A stretch of 32,000 nucleotides of DNA, taken from NCBI RefSeq assembly GCF_037902255.1, contig NZ_CP147990.1:450001-482000 (forward strand). Direction: 5' to 3'. This document shows positions 16,552 to 24,910 of this stretch, in pieces. The notes under the pieces are model-generated. The model ran no database searches. It was given only the letters and a program-made list of their open reading frames with translations, and was not told where the DNA came from. Made by a program: the position numbers and the translations under genes. The DNA comes from Candidatus Electrothrix sp. GW3-4. GTDB lineage: Bacteria; Desulfobacterota; Desulfobulbia; Desulfobulbales; Desulfobulbaceae. The first letter of the stretch is position 1, and the number at the start of each line of letters is the position of its first letter.

Positions 16552-17487
16552 ATGGCTGAACTTCTAAGCCCGCTTCGCTGTAGCAACTCGGAAAAGCGTC
16601 GGCAAAAGGCGGAGACCGTGGTCAATGTCGGCCTTGCTGTGAACACAGTCCTTGCCCTGGTCAAGGTGTTTGCCGGGATTGTATGGCATAGCCAGGCCTT
16701 GTTGGCTGATGGTATCAACTCAATCTCTGATGTGATCTACTTTATCGCGGTCAAGATCTTTGTCCGGCTTTCCGGGAAGCCAGCAGATTCGGAACACCCC
16801 TATGGGCATCACCAGCTGGAGAGCATTGCTGCCCTGGTTATTGGTGCCTTTGTTATTACCACTGGCACGGCTATCTTCTGGGACTCTATCGATTCGGCCT
16901 TTAAGCTGTTCACTGGAGCTACGCAGGCCTATCTCATAGGACAATTTGCCATCTATGTGGCCTTGGCAACCATCTTGGTCAAAATCTTGCTCATGCTCCA
17001 GGCGAGCAGGGTCGGGCGAGAGACAGGGAATCTGGCTATCAAGGCCTTGGCCCGGGATCATCTCAATGATATCTTTGCCTCAGCCGGGGCGGCTGTGGGC
17101 ATCCTCCTGAGTAAGTCAGGCGCACCTTGGGTCGATCCGGTTGCCGGGGCAATCGTGGCGGTGATCATGGCAAAAACAGGCCTGGATATCCTCCGTGAGG
17201 CCTCTTCTGATCTCATGGATAACGTGCCGAGCGAGGAGCTTGCTCGTGAGATCTATGAGTTGCTTGAAGAGGTAACCGAGGTGGAGGCCATTGAAGATAT
17301 TCATGCCCATCGCTTTGGCCCCTATCTTGTGGTGAACTTAGCTATCTGTGTTGACGGGAATCTGACCGTCAGGAAGGGAGATGAAATCGCCGACAGGGTT
17401 GAGAACAGGCTTCTCGACGGGATAGAGATGCTCCGTAAGGTCTATGTGCATTACCATCCTTCCAAGAAGCTTGAGGATGCCCGATGA
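16552..17487 (+). CDS. cation diffusion facilitator (CDF) family metal efflux transporter
   Basis: Six-TM core with metal-site contexts (ADGINSISD, HPYGHHQLESIAALV) and a cytoplasmic C-terminal domain (VEAIEDIHAHRFGPYLVVNLAICVD). Confidence 0.85.
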   Translation: MAELLSPLRCSNSEKRRQKAETVVNVGLAVNTVLALVKVFAGIVWHSQALLADGINSISDVIYFIAVKIFVRLSGKPADSEHPYGHHQLESIAALVIGAFVITTGTAIFWDSIDSAFKLFTGATQAYLIGQFAIYVALATILVKILLMLQASRVGRETGNLAIKALARDHLNDIFASAGAAVGILLSKSGAPWVDPVAGAIVAVIMAKTGLDILREASSDLMDNVPSEELAREIYELLEEVTEVEAIEDIHAHRFGPYLVVNLAICVDGNLTVRKGDEIADRVENRLLDGIEMLRKVYVHYHPSKKLEDAR

Positions 17488-17765
17488 GACGGAACGTCGC
17501 CGCTCGTTATGAAGAGGAACAGGACGACAAGGCTGTGCTGGTATGTAGGCTGTGCTGGTATGTATTGACCTATGTCATGGCCGTATGGCGTATGGCCAGC
17601 AAAGGAGGAGGTAAACCTGTTTACACGATATCTGAGATGAATTACAATCAAATTAAAATGGCTACTAACCAGCTGGAAGAAGAGATCTCTTATGAAGAGG
17701 TACGTTTCAGTATATCCCCGTTCTTAGTGCTCAGGGGGAAAACGGGTGAGCCTATTGATCATTAA
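17484..17765 (+). CDS. doubtful ORF (93 aa), ATGA-overlapped with the CDF stop; contains a 17-bp tandem duplication
   Basis: No recognisable motifs. A perfect 17+17 bp duplication inside would shift the frame. Coding status uncertain. Confidence 0.2.
   Translation: MRRNVAARYEEEQDDKAVLVCRLCWYVLTYVMAVWRMASKGGGKPVYTISEMNYNQIKMATNQLEEEISYEEVRFSISPFLVLRGKTGEPIDH
17531..17564. repeat. perfect 17-bp tandem duplication GGCTGTGCTGGTATGTA x2
   Basis: Read directly: 17531-17547 equals 17548-17564. Confidence 0.9.
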
Positions 17766-17785
17766 CCGAACAAACGGAGAGTTTC

Positions 17786-18157
17786 ATGCTACAGACATTG
17801 GGAAGGATACCTTGGATCTTTACCCCTATCATCTATCTGCTGGCGGTCCATCAGCTCAACATCTCTTTGGAAGGCCCGTCGGGCTATGCTTTTATCGGCA
17901 TAGCCGTGGTGGTGCTGTTTATCGAGTTTGTGAAATCAGGAGATATCGGGGTGGTTTCCTTTCTTCTTGATACCATCTCTTCGGTTCTGGCCCTGATGGT
18001 CTCTACGGCCTTGCTCACCTATATGATTTTCTCCCTCAATGAGGCACCGACTTTTTTCCATTGGTTTGGTTACGCAATCATCGTCGGTGACGCCCTGTTC
18101 AGCCCTGCCAACGCCTTTCGGACTGCGTTGCGGAACTTTGGGGTTGCCGGGCAGTAG
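17786..18157 (+). CDS. small four-TM membrane protein, hypothetical
   Basis: 123 aa with four hydrophobic segments. GGAGAG RBS 5 nt upstream of the ATG. Confidence 0.6.
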   Translation: MLQTLGRIPWIFTPIIYLLAVHQLNISLEGPSGYAFIGIAVVVLFIEFVKSGDIGVVSFLLDTISSVLALMVSTALLTYMIFSLNEAPTFFHWFGYAIIVGDALFSPANAFRTALRNFGVAGQ

Positions 18158-18267
18158 AGGAAAGAGGGGGAGGTTGTTTTCCGTTTTTTAGGTCATCCTG
18201 ACCCAGAACTAAACTGAATAATTCTTAACGATTCTGAGTAATTCCACTAGATTATATAGCAGGATTA

Positions 18268-20700
18268 ATGAAGATACAGACTGTTACCCCGGAAGAGGCC
18301 TGTCGTTCCTGTCATGCCGATGAATTCTCCTTTGAAACGACTGCAGAAATCGAGGAACTGACCCGGTACCTTGGCCAGGAGCGTGCCCTTGAGGCAGTGG
18401 ACTTTGCTATTTCTATAAAACAGCACGGCTTTAACCTCTTTGTTGTCGGCCCTGAAGGTTCTGGGCGCCATTGCGCTCTGCAATCCTTTATCCATCGCCA
18501 GGCCAGGGAAGAGCCCACCCCTGACGATTGGGGGTATGTCTATCATTTTGACCATCCGCATAAACCCCTTGCCCTGCAATTCCCGCCTCAGCAGATCTCT
18601 GTCTTTAAGCAGGAAATACATGAACTGATTGATGCCTTGAAGACGACGCTTGCTGCTGTCTTTGAAAGCGATGAATACCGGGCAAGGACTCAGGTCCTGA
18701 AGGAGAACCTGGGGCAAAAGGTTGATAAGATCTATAAGGAACTGATCGATAAAGGAAAAGAGCGCTCTGTTTCCGTTGTCAGAAACGAAAAAGGTGTTGT
18801 CTTTGCCCCACTTGATGAAGAAGAGCAGACTATAGATTTTGAAGCGTTTCAGAAGCTCCCTGAAGAAACGCAAAAAAAGATAGAGGCAGATATCGAGAAG
18901 CTGCATGGCGCATTGCAGCAGACAGTCCATCAGATCAGCCTGTTGACTCGTGACGCCAAAGAGCAGGAGCGCAGGCTGAAGCAGGAAACAGCTGCTCTCT
19001 GTGTTGCCCAGATTATTGATACCCTGAAGGCCAAGTACGCTGGCCAGGAAAAGATTCTCCGATATCTCAATGGGGTCGAAAGACAGCTTGTCGAAAATGT
19101 CGATGATTTTCAGGGCCGTTCCGATGCAGGTCCAGAGGCCATTATCTCGCTTGTTGCCCATCGCTCCCCCTTTGATCGCTATGATGTCAATATCCTGGTC
19201 TCTCATGGAGAGAGCGGGGCCCCTGTGGTCTATGAGGACCTGCCCACCTATCAAAACCTGCATGGCCGCATTGAGCATCAGGCCCAGATGGGGATGCTGA
19301 CCACCAATTTTTCTCTGATCAGGCCCGGGGCACTCCACCGGGCCAATGGCGGCTACCTTATTCTTGATGCGAGAAGGCTGCTGATGGAGCCCTTTGCCTA
19401 TGAAGGGTTGAAGCGGACCCTGCGTTCTGGACAGATTCGCATGGAGCCGGTGGAGCGTCTTCTTGGTATGATGAGTACGGTCTCCCTGGAGCCTGAGCCC
19501 ATTGCGCTTGATGTTAAAGTGGTGTTGGTTGGCGAGCCTATGATCTATTTTTTGTTGAGCCATTATGATCCGGAATTTGGCTCGCTGTTCAAGGTGCAGG
19601 CGGATTTTGAACACGATATAGAGAGAACAGCGGCGAGTCAGCAGCAGTATGCAGCCCTCCTTGCTGGTCTTGTCCAGGAGAACAAACTCTTGCCCCTGCA
19701 TAAGAGCGCAGTGGCCCGGGTCATTGATGAGGCAGCCCGCCATGCGAGCGACAACACAAAGCTCTCTCTCCATATCAGAAAGGTTGCTGACCTGATCAAA
19801 GAAGCGGATTATCTGGCCGGAAAAAGGCAGGGGGAACGGATTGAGGCCGAGGATATCGAGACAGCGGTGGCGGCCCGCAAACGCCGGGGCGCCCGCATCC
19901 GTGATCGTTTTTTTGCCTCCATTGATGACGGGCTCCATTATATTACAACTGAGGGGGCAAAAATCGGGCAGGTGAACGGACTTTCCGTGGTCCAGATGGG
20001 CGATAACGCCTTTGGTTTTCCCACCCGTATCACCGTCGTGACCCGACCCGGCAAGGGCGATATAGTGGATATTGAACGTGAGGTTGAACTAGGCGGTCCT
20101 CTCCACTCCAAGGGGGTGATGATCCTTGGTGCCTTTCTTCGTTCACGCTATGCCCGCAACATTCCGCTGGGGTTGCAAGCGAGTCTGGTCTTTGAACAGT
20201 CCTATGGCGGCGTTGACGGAGACAGTGCCTCCTGTGCCGAGCTCTGCGCCTTGCTCTCCTCTCTGGCCGAGGTCCCGCTCCGGCAGGATTTGGCCCTTAC
20301 CGGCTCAATCAGTCAACAAGGGGAGGTGCAGCCTGTGGGCGGGTTGAATGAAAAGATTGAAGGGTTCTTTGATGTCTGCGCTACCAGAGGCCTGACCGGC
20401 CAGCAGGGGGTCATTATTCCGGCGGTGAACCGTCGCCATCTGATGCTCAAAAAAGAGGTGGTCCAGGCTCTTGTGGATAACCAATTTACTCTCTACCTGG
20501 TAAACACGGTGGACGAGGCCATTTCCCTGCTCACCGGTCTTGAGGTCGGTGAATGTAACAGTGAAGGCCGCTATCCGCAGGATTCAGTTAACGCTCGCGT
20601 TGAGGCGACCTTGCTCCGTTTTGCCCGGGATCTGCGGGCCTTTGCAAGGCAGGAGAAGGGTGAGGAAGAGAACAAGGAAACAGATCAGGATGGCACTTGA
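18268..20700 (+). CDS. Lon-like protease (LonB/COG1067-type): AAA-like N-terminal region plus Lon S16 proteolytic domain
   Basis: GQERALEAV..., P-loop-like VVGPEGSGRH, then a C-terminal Lon domain (IGQVNGLSV, ELGGPLHSKGV, catalytic Ser context DGDSASCAE, Lys context GGLNEKIEGFF). Confidence 0.85.
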   Translation: MKIQTVTPEEACRSCHADEFSFETTAEIEELTRYLGQERALEAVDFAISIKQHGFNLFVVGPEGSGRHCALQSFIHRQAREEPTPDDWGYVYHFDHPHKPLALQFPPQQISVFKQEIHELIDALKTTLAAVFESDEYRARTQVLKENLGQKVDKIYKELIDKGKERSVSVVRNEKGVVFAPLDEEEQTIDFEAFQKLPEETQKKIEADIEKLHGALQQTVHQISLLTRDAKEQERRLKQETAALCVAQIIDTLKAKYAGQEKILRYLNGVERQLVENVDDFQGRSDAGPEAIISLVAHRSPFDRYDVNILVSHGESGAPVVYEDLPTYQNLHGRIEHQAQMGMLTTNFSLIRPGALHRANGGYLILDARRLLMEPFAYEGLKRTLRSGQIRMEPVERLLGMMSTVSLEPEPIALDVKVVLVGEPMIYFLLSHYDPEFGSLFKVQADFEHDIERTAASQQQYAALLAGLVQENKLLPLHKSAVARVIDEAARHASDNTKLSLHIRKVADLIKEADYLAGKRQGERIEAEDIETAVAARKRRGARIRDRFFASIDDGLHYITTEGAKIGQVNGLSVVQMGDNAFGFPTRITVVTRPGKGDIVDIEREVELGGPLHSKGVMILGAFLRSRYARNIPLGLQASLVFEQSYGGVDGDSASCAELCALLSSLAEVPLRQDLALTGSISQQGEVQPVGGLNEKIEGFFDVCATRGLTGQQGVIIPAVNRRHLMLKKEVVQALVDNQFTLYLVNTVDEAISLLTGLEVGECNSEGRYPQDSVNARVEATLLRFARDLRAFARQEKGEEENKETDQDGT

Positions 20701-20747
20701 AACAGCGAGGAGTCTATATAATTCATTTTTTCTGATACCCTGCTCTG

Positions 20748-21917
20748 TTAGCGTGGTTTTTCCTTTTGCCGAACCAGGTCACTTTTTGCATGGTGCGCAT
20801 ACCAATACGCCTTGACCCATCTCCACACCATCCGTGGATGCTCAATACATCGTGCCTTCCAATAGTGCTTCCCTTTCAGATGGCCATAATAGAGTTGCAC
20901 CCACCACCTGGACGGCCATAGGGTTTCCTTGGCAAGGGCTGGTAACCTTGTCCACGGTGTTTTTCGTATCTTCCGCAGGGGCCAGCCGTCAAAGGGGAGT
21001 CCGGCATGCTGCGGACGATCAGTTATATCCAGCTTAAGCCCTTCGCGGATGTGTTCAGGCCACGGCGTCAGGTGGTGCAGACAGGAAAGCACGTTAACGA
21101 GGATCGGCATCTCTTTGTGGGTGGCTTGCCAGTCTATCTTGTCATAGAATTTCTCAACAAGGGTCACCAGATCGGCGACATGGATGAGCCTGAACGGCTC
21201 ATAGGTCAAAGGTGCCTGAAATCCATGCAGGTAGATATACCATAAGCTCTCTTCCAGGTTGAGGGTACGGGCTCTGACACCGTTGATCGCAAACGCCATA
21301 GCTGTATGGTAGGACTTTTCCAGAGGCCACAAGGGGTATTGTGGGTGGAAGGGCAGGAGGTTGTGATGGACCTCCAGGCTTACCGGCAACCCGTCAATGT
21401 CCCTGCTCATCGGCGTAAGGTGGTAATAGTCCTCCGGGACAGCATGCCCTTCATCTGGCCGATAGCCAAGCTGCAAGAGAATGTCTTTCACCTCAGCAAG
21501 ATCGTCCTTGCTGACCAGGAGGTCGATATCCCGCATGGGGCGCATCCCGATTTCACCATAGGCGAAGTTGGCCAGGGCGATCCCCTTGACAAGCAGGAGC
21601 TCGATTCCTTGTTGGCAACAGACATGGACGACTTCCTCGATAGCCCTGTTTCTGATGGTATTGGAGCGCCGGTTGCGCAGGTACAGGCCCTGCAATATCC
21701 GTCGGTCATTGCGCGGTATGGTGCAGTCCAAGTCCAGTAGCCGGGTATGTTGATAGAGTAGGGGGGCTACACCCTGTCTTTCCGCCTCCCGGATCAGTTG
21801 CCCCCATGCGCCTCCCTGGCTTTGAAAAGCGGCAAGGGCTTGATCCAGCTGGGAGAGCATGGGGGCATGGCTCAAATTCCGGCAACAGAGTGCGAGGATG
21901 GTCCGGATATCAGTCAT
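20748..21917 (-). CDS. nucleotidyltransferase-fold protein (uncharacterised NTP_transf_5-like family)
   Basis: Motif GEIGMRPMRDIDLLVSKDD..LGY (G-x...DxD nucleotidyltransferase signature). Start moved to ATG 21917 (MTDIRTIL), preceded by GAGGA overlapping the upstream TAG. The track's longer form overlaps the kinase gene by 146 nt. Confidence 0.7.
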   Translation of the reverse strand: MTDIRTILALCCRNLSHAPMLSQLDQALAAFQSQGGAWGQLIREAERQGVAPLLYQHTRLLDLDCTIPRNDRRILQGLYLRNRRSNTIRNRAIEEVVHVCCQQGIELLLVKGIALANFAYGEIGMRPMRDIDLLVSKDDLAEVKDILLQLGYRPDEGHAVPEDYYHLTPMSRDIDGLPVSLEVHHNLLPFHPQYPLWPLEKSYHTAMAFAINGVRARTLNLEESLWYIYLHGFQAPLTYEPFRLIHVADLVTLVEKFYDKIDWQATHKEMPILVNVLSCLHHLTPWPEHIREGLKLDITDRPQHAGLPFDGWPLRKIRKTPWTRLPALAKETLWPSRWWVQLYYGHLKGKHYWKARCIEHPRMVWRWVKAYWYAHHAKSDLVRQKEKPR

Positions 21918-21924
21918 GGTTCCT

Positions 21925-22782
21925 CTAGCGGGCCAACCCGGTAACAAGATCGTCCAGCGCCTCCTTGATGCCTGCAAAACTGCTGTAGGTGAGCCGGTAA
22001 GCAGGCGTTGAGCGGGCAAGTTGTACCATCTGTTGAAAGCCGTGATCAGAGAGATTGCGTGCGTTAACATCGCAGGCCATCAGCAATGAGGAAGCCCGGG
22101 CTCCTGAGATCTTTTCTTTCCGCAGAGGTGCGCCGCTTTGATAGGTCGGAAAGAGGAGCAACGCGGGTGGGGCGGATATGGGGGTATATAGCGGATTGAG
22201 TGCTCTATGCGCCACCACGGCTCCCTGCTCGTCTTCGAGCAGGGGGACGGGAGGATTATTGCCTGGGATCAGTTTCTTGATAACCGCTACGGCCTGCGAT
22301 TTTATGCAGAACGGTCTGGTAAAAGGAATAACCTGATCCGGTTTTTCGGCAGGAAACAAGACAAGCTCGTCTGTCAAGTAGGAACAACCCTGAGCAGTCA
22401 GCCAGGCGGACAAGTTACTTTTCCCAGAACCGCTTGGGCCAGGCAGCAAGATGACCCTGTCCTTGCCCCGCTCTTGATAGGCAACAGCGCCAGCATGAAC
22501 AGCAACACCGGCGCTGTTGTCCTTGAGGAGGTTGAAAATGACCAGATCAAATACGATCGCCGCACATTGCACCCCGAGGCGGCCCGTGTACTGTGGCTCC
22601 TCGTTGATGGCAAGGGTGTATTGTCCGTTGTTCTGCCGGGAAAATGTCAGTCGTGCTGCCTCCTCTCCACCGCTGGAGCCATGCAGATCTGCAAAGAGAA
22701 AAGAGACAAAACGATGAACCTCTTTCTCTTCGGAGAGGATGGTGACCGTTGTTCCGGCAAATTGCACGGGATATTCCGCCAT
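21925..22782 (-). CDS. HPr-kinase-related P-loop kinase (HprK C-terminal-domain-like)
   Basis: Walker A LLPGPSGSGKSNLSAWL followed by YLTDELV. Size and layout resemble the HprK-related kinases encoded next to PqqD-like proteins. Confidence 0.7.
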   Translation of the reverse strand: MAEYPVQFAGTTVTILSEEKEVHRFVSFLFADLHGSSGGEEAARLTFSRQNNGQYTLAINEEPQYTGRLGVQCAAIVFDLVIFNLLKDNSAGVAVHAGAVAYQERGKDRVILLPGPSGSGKSNLSAWLTAQGCSYLTDELVLFPAEKPDQVIPFTRPFCIKSQAVAVIKKLIPGNNPPVPLLEDEQGAVVAHRALNPLYTPISAPPALLLFPTYQSGAPLRKEKISGARASSLLMACDVNARNLSDHGFQQMVQLARSTPAYRLTYSSFAGIKEALDDLVTGLAR

Positions 22783-22795
22783 GAGGGATTCGCTG

Positions 22796-23152
22796 TCAAC
22801 AGGGAAATGGTTCGTTACGCTGCCTTAAGCGGGCAATATCCTTGTCCACCAGGCTGGTGATAATCTCCACTACACCAGCCTGGATAGACTCTCTGCTTTC
22901 AGGATACGCAGCCATCAGGATATCGATAATCTCCCTGATGCTTCTTTTTCCGTCACAGAGTTCCCAGATCAGAGCGCCGGTCTCGTTCAGGTAGATCGAG
23001 GTGGTGAGAGACGGGTGATACACGGTAATTTCATTGTCTATCTTCTCCAGAAGATAACCTGCTTCCAGGACAACAATGCTGTCTTTATGCATCAGACGGC
23101 TCGCTAGCGGGAATTGCCTGCATGGAGAACTTTTTTGAACTGCTCCCGTCAT
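22796..23152 (-). CDS. PqqD-family (RRE-type peptide-binding) protein
   Basis: ITVYHPSLTTSIYLNETGALIWELCDGKRSIREIIDILMAAYP...VVEIITSLVDKDI matches the PqqD pattern (beta strands, then LN.TA..IWELCDG..S..EI). Its ATG shares a base with the upstream TAA (TAATG). An alternative start is M21 at 23092. Confidence 0.75.
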   Translation of the reverse strand: MTGAVQKSSPCRQFPLASRLMHKDSIVVLEAGYLLEKIDNEITVYHPSLTTSIYLNETGALIWELCDGKRSIREIIDILMAAYPESRESIQAGVVEIITSLVDKDIARLRQRNEPFPC

Positions 23153-23934
23153 TACTCTCCATGTGCTTGTTTGGCGTAGCTGGTAAAGTCGATGGGGACA
23201 TGGGGATTTGACTTATCATATCCGCTCCCCTTAATATCGCCTGCTGCGGTTATGCTTCGCACATAATCACCTTTACTGCCACTGGAATAGTCATACACCT
23301 CAATAACGCTTTTGTTGTCAGAATTGGCGATACCTTCATGTGTATTCAACGACATAGTCAAGGTTGCCTTTTGGATAGTCGCAGATGAGGGAATAGAGCT
23401 CAGGTCAGCGCTGAAATATTCAGGTCCCCGTGTTTTTTTAATCAGCATAGGACTTGATTGCGAACTGGTAAAGGTGCCGTTACTGTGCTCGATGACAAGC
23501 CTTGCCGAGTCAAACCATATTCCGCAGCTGTCGCAGGCCATGACAGTCTGGTAAAAAACCAGGCTGAACATACCCGTGCCAGCAACGGCCGTGTCCAGAG
23601 CTTCTTCCGCTGTCTCGGATGTGTCAGCCGTAACTGTGTCCTCAGCTTCTTCGACGGTCTCAGATGCATCTGCAATAATTTTTTCCAGAGCTTCTTTGAA
23701 CTCCCCGGATGTGGTTGCATGGGCGGGCAGGGAGCCAAATTCTATAATTGGTGCGGTCCATTTTTCGGGCAGTATACTGCATCCGGCCAAAGCGGCGCTT
23801 CCAACGGCAAGTTTTTTGATTACCGTTCTTCTGCTGATGTTCTGCTCTCGGTCAATAGATTGCAGGCACTGATCGGCTTTATCATTGTTGTGGGGCTCTG
23901 TTTCGTTATTGGGCATCGTTAAGGTAAACCTCAT
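23152..23934 (-). CDS. predicted Tat-exported lipoprotein, hypothetical, with an acidic internal repeat
   Basis: Twin-arginine motif SRRTVIKK, h-region LAVGSAALAG and lipobox LAGC. Start trimmed to ATG 23934 (or 23916) because a near-consensus promoter sits at 23973-24000, inside the track's 344-aa version. Confidence 0.6.
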   Translation of the reverse strand: MRFTLTMPNNETEPHNNDKADQCLQSIDREQNISRRTVIKKLAVGSAALAGCSILPEKWTAPIIEFGSLPAHATTSGEFKEALEKIIADASETVEEAEDTVTADTSETAEEALDTAVAGTGMFSLVFYQTVMACDSCGIWFDSARLVIEHSNGTFTSSQSSPMLIKKTRGPEYFSADLSSIPSSATIQKATLTMSLNTHEGIANSDNKSVIEVYDYSSGSKGDYVRSITAAGDIKGSGYDKSNPHVPIDFTSYAKQAHGE

Positions 23935-23972
23935 CTTATTTCGATTATTCAGTAGGTAAAAGTTGTCACCAC

Positions 23973-24000
23973 AGTATACTCTGTTGGTAGATAAGGTCAA
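23973..24000 (-). promoter_or_regulatory. sigma70-like promoter for the Tat-lipoprotein/PqqD/kinase/NTase operon
   Basis: Minus strand reads TTGACC, a 16-nt spacer, then TATACT, about 40 nt upstream of the first candidate ATG. Confidence 0.45.
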
Positions 24001-24222
24001 TGAATAATGGCGGTTTAACTGCTCATTTTCAGGTTTATCTTGAGGGCTTTTTCCGCCCAACGCACGTTGAATTGCTATGGGCAGGTTTTTCTGGTGCCTC
24101 AGTTGGTGCCGGTGCTCGGGTTGGGGGGGCGACACATGACTCGATATAGAAGAGGATCGGGAAGACCGTGGGGGAATGAGGGGCAATGCTGCAATCTCTT
24201 GAAAATATTTGCTGTTACGGGT

Positions 24223-24250
24223 GGCTAAGCTGACATCATTCGGCTTAGCC
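24223..24250 (-). terminator. hairpin immediately after the GGCT-like gene stop (possible terminator, no clear U-tract)
   Basis: GGCTAAGC-n12-GCTTAGCC, an 8-bp perfect stem abutting the stop codon at 24251. Confidence 0.3.
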
Positions 24251-24805
24251 TCAATCCTTTTTTACTCCGATTTTAAGAAAAGGAATCTTTAGCGCATTCC
24301 CTTGTGCAAGATACGGTATGATGACTTTGGCCAATATATCGACAGCATGTGAAACAACAGGCAGATGAAAGGTCTCAACCTTGCGAAGTTCTTTGATATA
24401 GACTTCAGGAAGCCCGTGTTCCAAGGCTCCGGCGATCAACTTACTCATATACCGCCTTGAAGGCTTTCTTCCCCGACATGGGTGACGGGTGATATAGGTG
24501 AAACAGGTTATCTTGCCGGTTTCAGTACTGGACACCTTAAGTTTTGTATAACGATATTCATTACCTTCCGAGTTATGCAGTCGCTCGACATCGTTCGGGG
24601 TTATTCTGTAAAGTATCCCGTACACCTGCGCATTGATTTGTTTCTCCAGTGAAGCAAAACAGGGCTCCAGGTACTGAATCCCCTTATGGTCAAAGACTAA
24701 TCTATAATCCTGAAGTAGGGCATTATACTGTTCAAGAGGTTGTATCCCTCTTCTTTCAACAAAAATTTCACTGCTCATATTTGAGCCGTAGGCAAAATAA
24801 TACAT
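24251..24805 (-). CDS. gamma-glutamylcyclotransferase (GGCT/AIG2-like) family protein
   Basis: N-terminal YFAYGSNM signature. ATG at 24805 is preceded by AGGA. The track's GTG start at 24826 is the alternative. Confidence 0.75.
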   Translation of the reverse strand: MYYFAYGSNMSSEIFVERRGIQPLEQYNALLQDYRLVFDHKGIQYLEPCFASLEKQINAQVYGILYRITPNDVERLHNSEGNEYRYTKLKVSSTETGKITCFTYITRHPCRGRKPSRRYMSKLIAGALEHGLPEVYIKELRKVETFHLPVVSHAVDILAKVIIPYLAQGNALKIPFLKIGVKKD

Positions 24806-24910
24806 AGAGTCCTGTTTCACGAGCACCTTTGGCTCTCATTCAATTTTTTATCCATATCTTGATGCCTTGAAGTCGATTGATTAGCCTCCCGTCCTCTTTG
24901 AAAAGGGGTG

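Noticed and set aside
18265-19938. 557-aa ORF antisense to the Lon-like protease gene
   Set aside because: It lies entirely within, and opposite to, a gene with strong family motifs. Its translation is low-complexity (Leu/Arg/Gln/Gly-rich) with no motifs, as expected of a shadow ORF.
18268-20700. BrxL (BREX) identity for the Lon-like protease
   Set aside because: No other BREX components (PglX methyltransferase, PglZ, BrxA/B/C) are present in the window, and the flanking genes are unrelated.
21918-22070. N-terminal extension of the nucleotidyltransferase ORF (track start at 22070)
   Set aside because: It would overlap the HprK-like gene by 146 nt. The internal ATG at 21917 has a GAGGA RBS and begins the conserved-looking MTDIRTIL sequence.
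23935-24186. 84-aa N-terminal extension of the Tat-lipoprotein ORF
   Set aside because: The extension is Pro/Ser/Arg/His-rich and contains a near-consensus promoter (23973-24000). A Tat signal peptide should sit near the true N-terminus.
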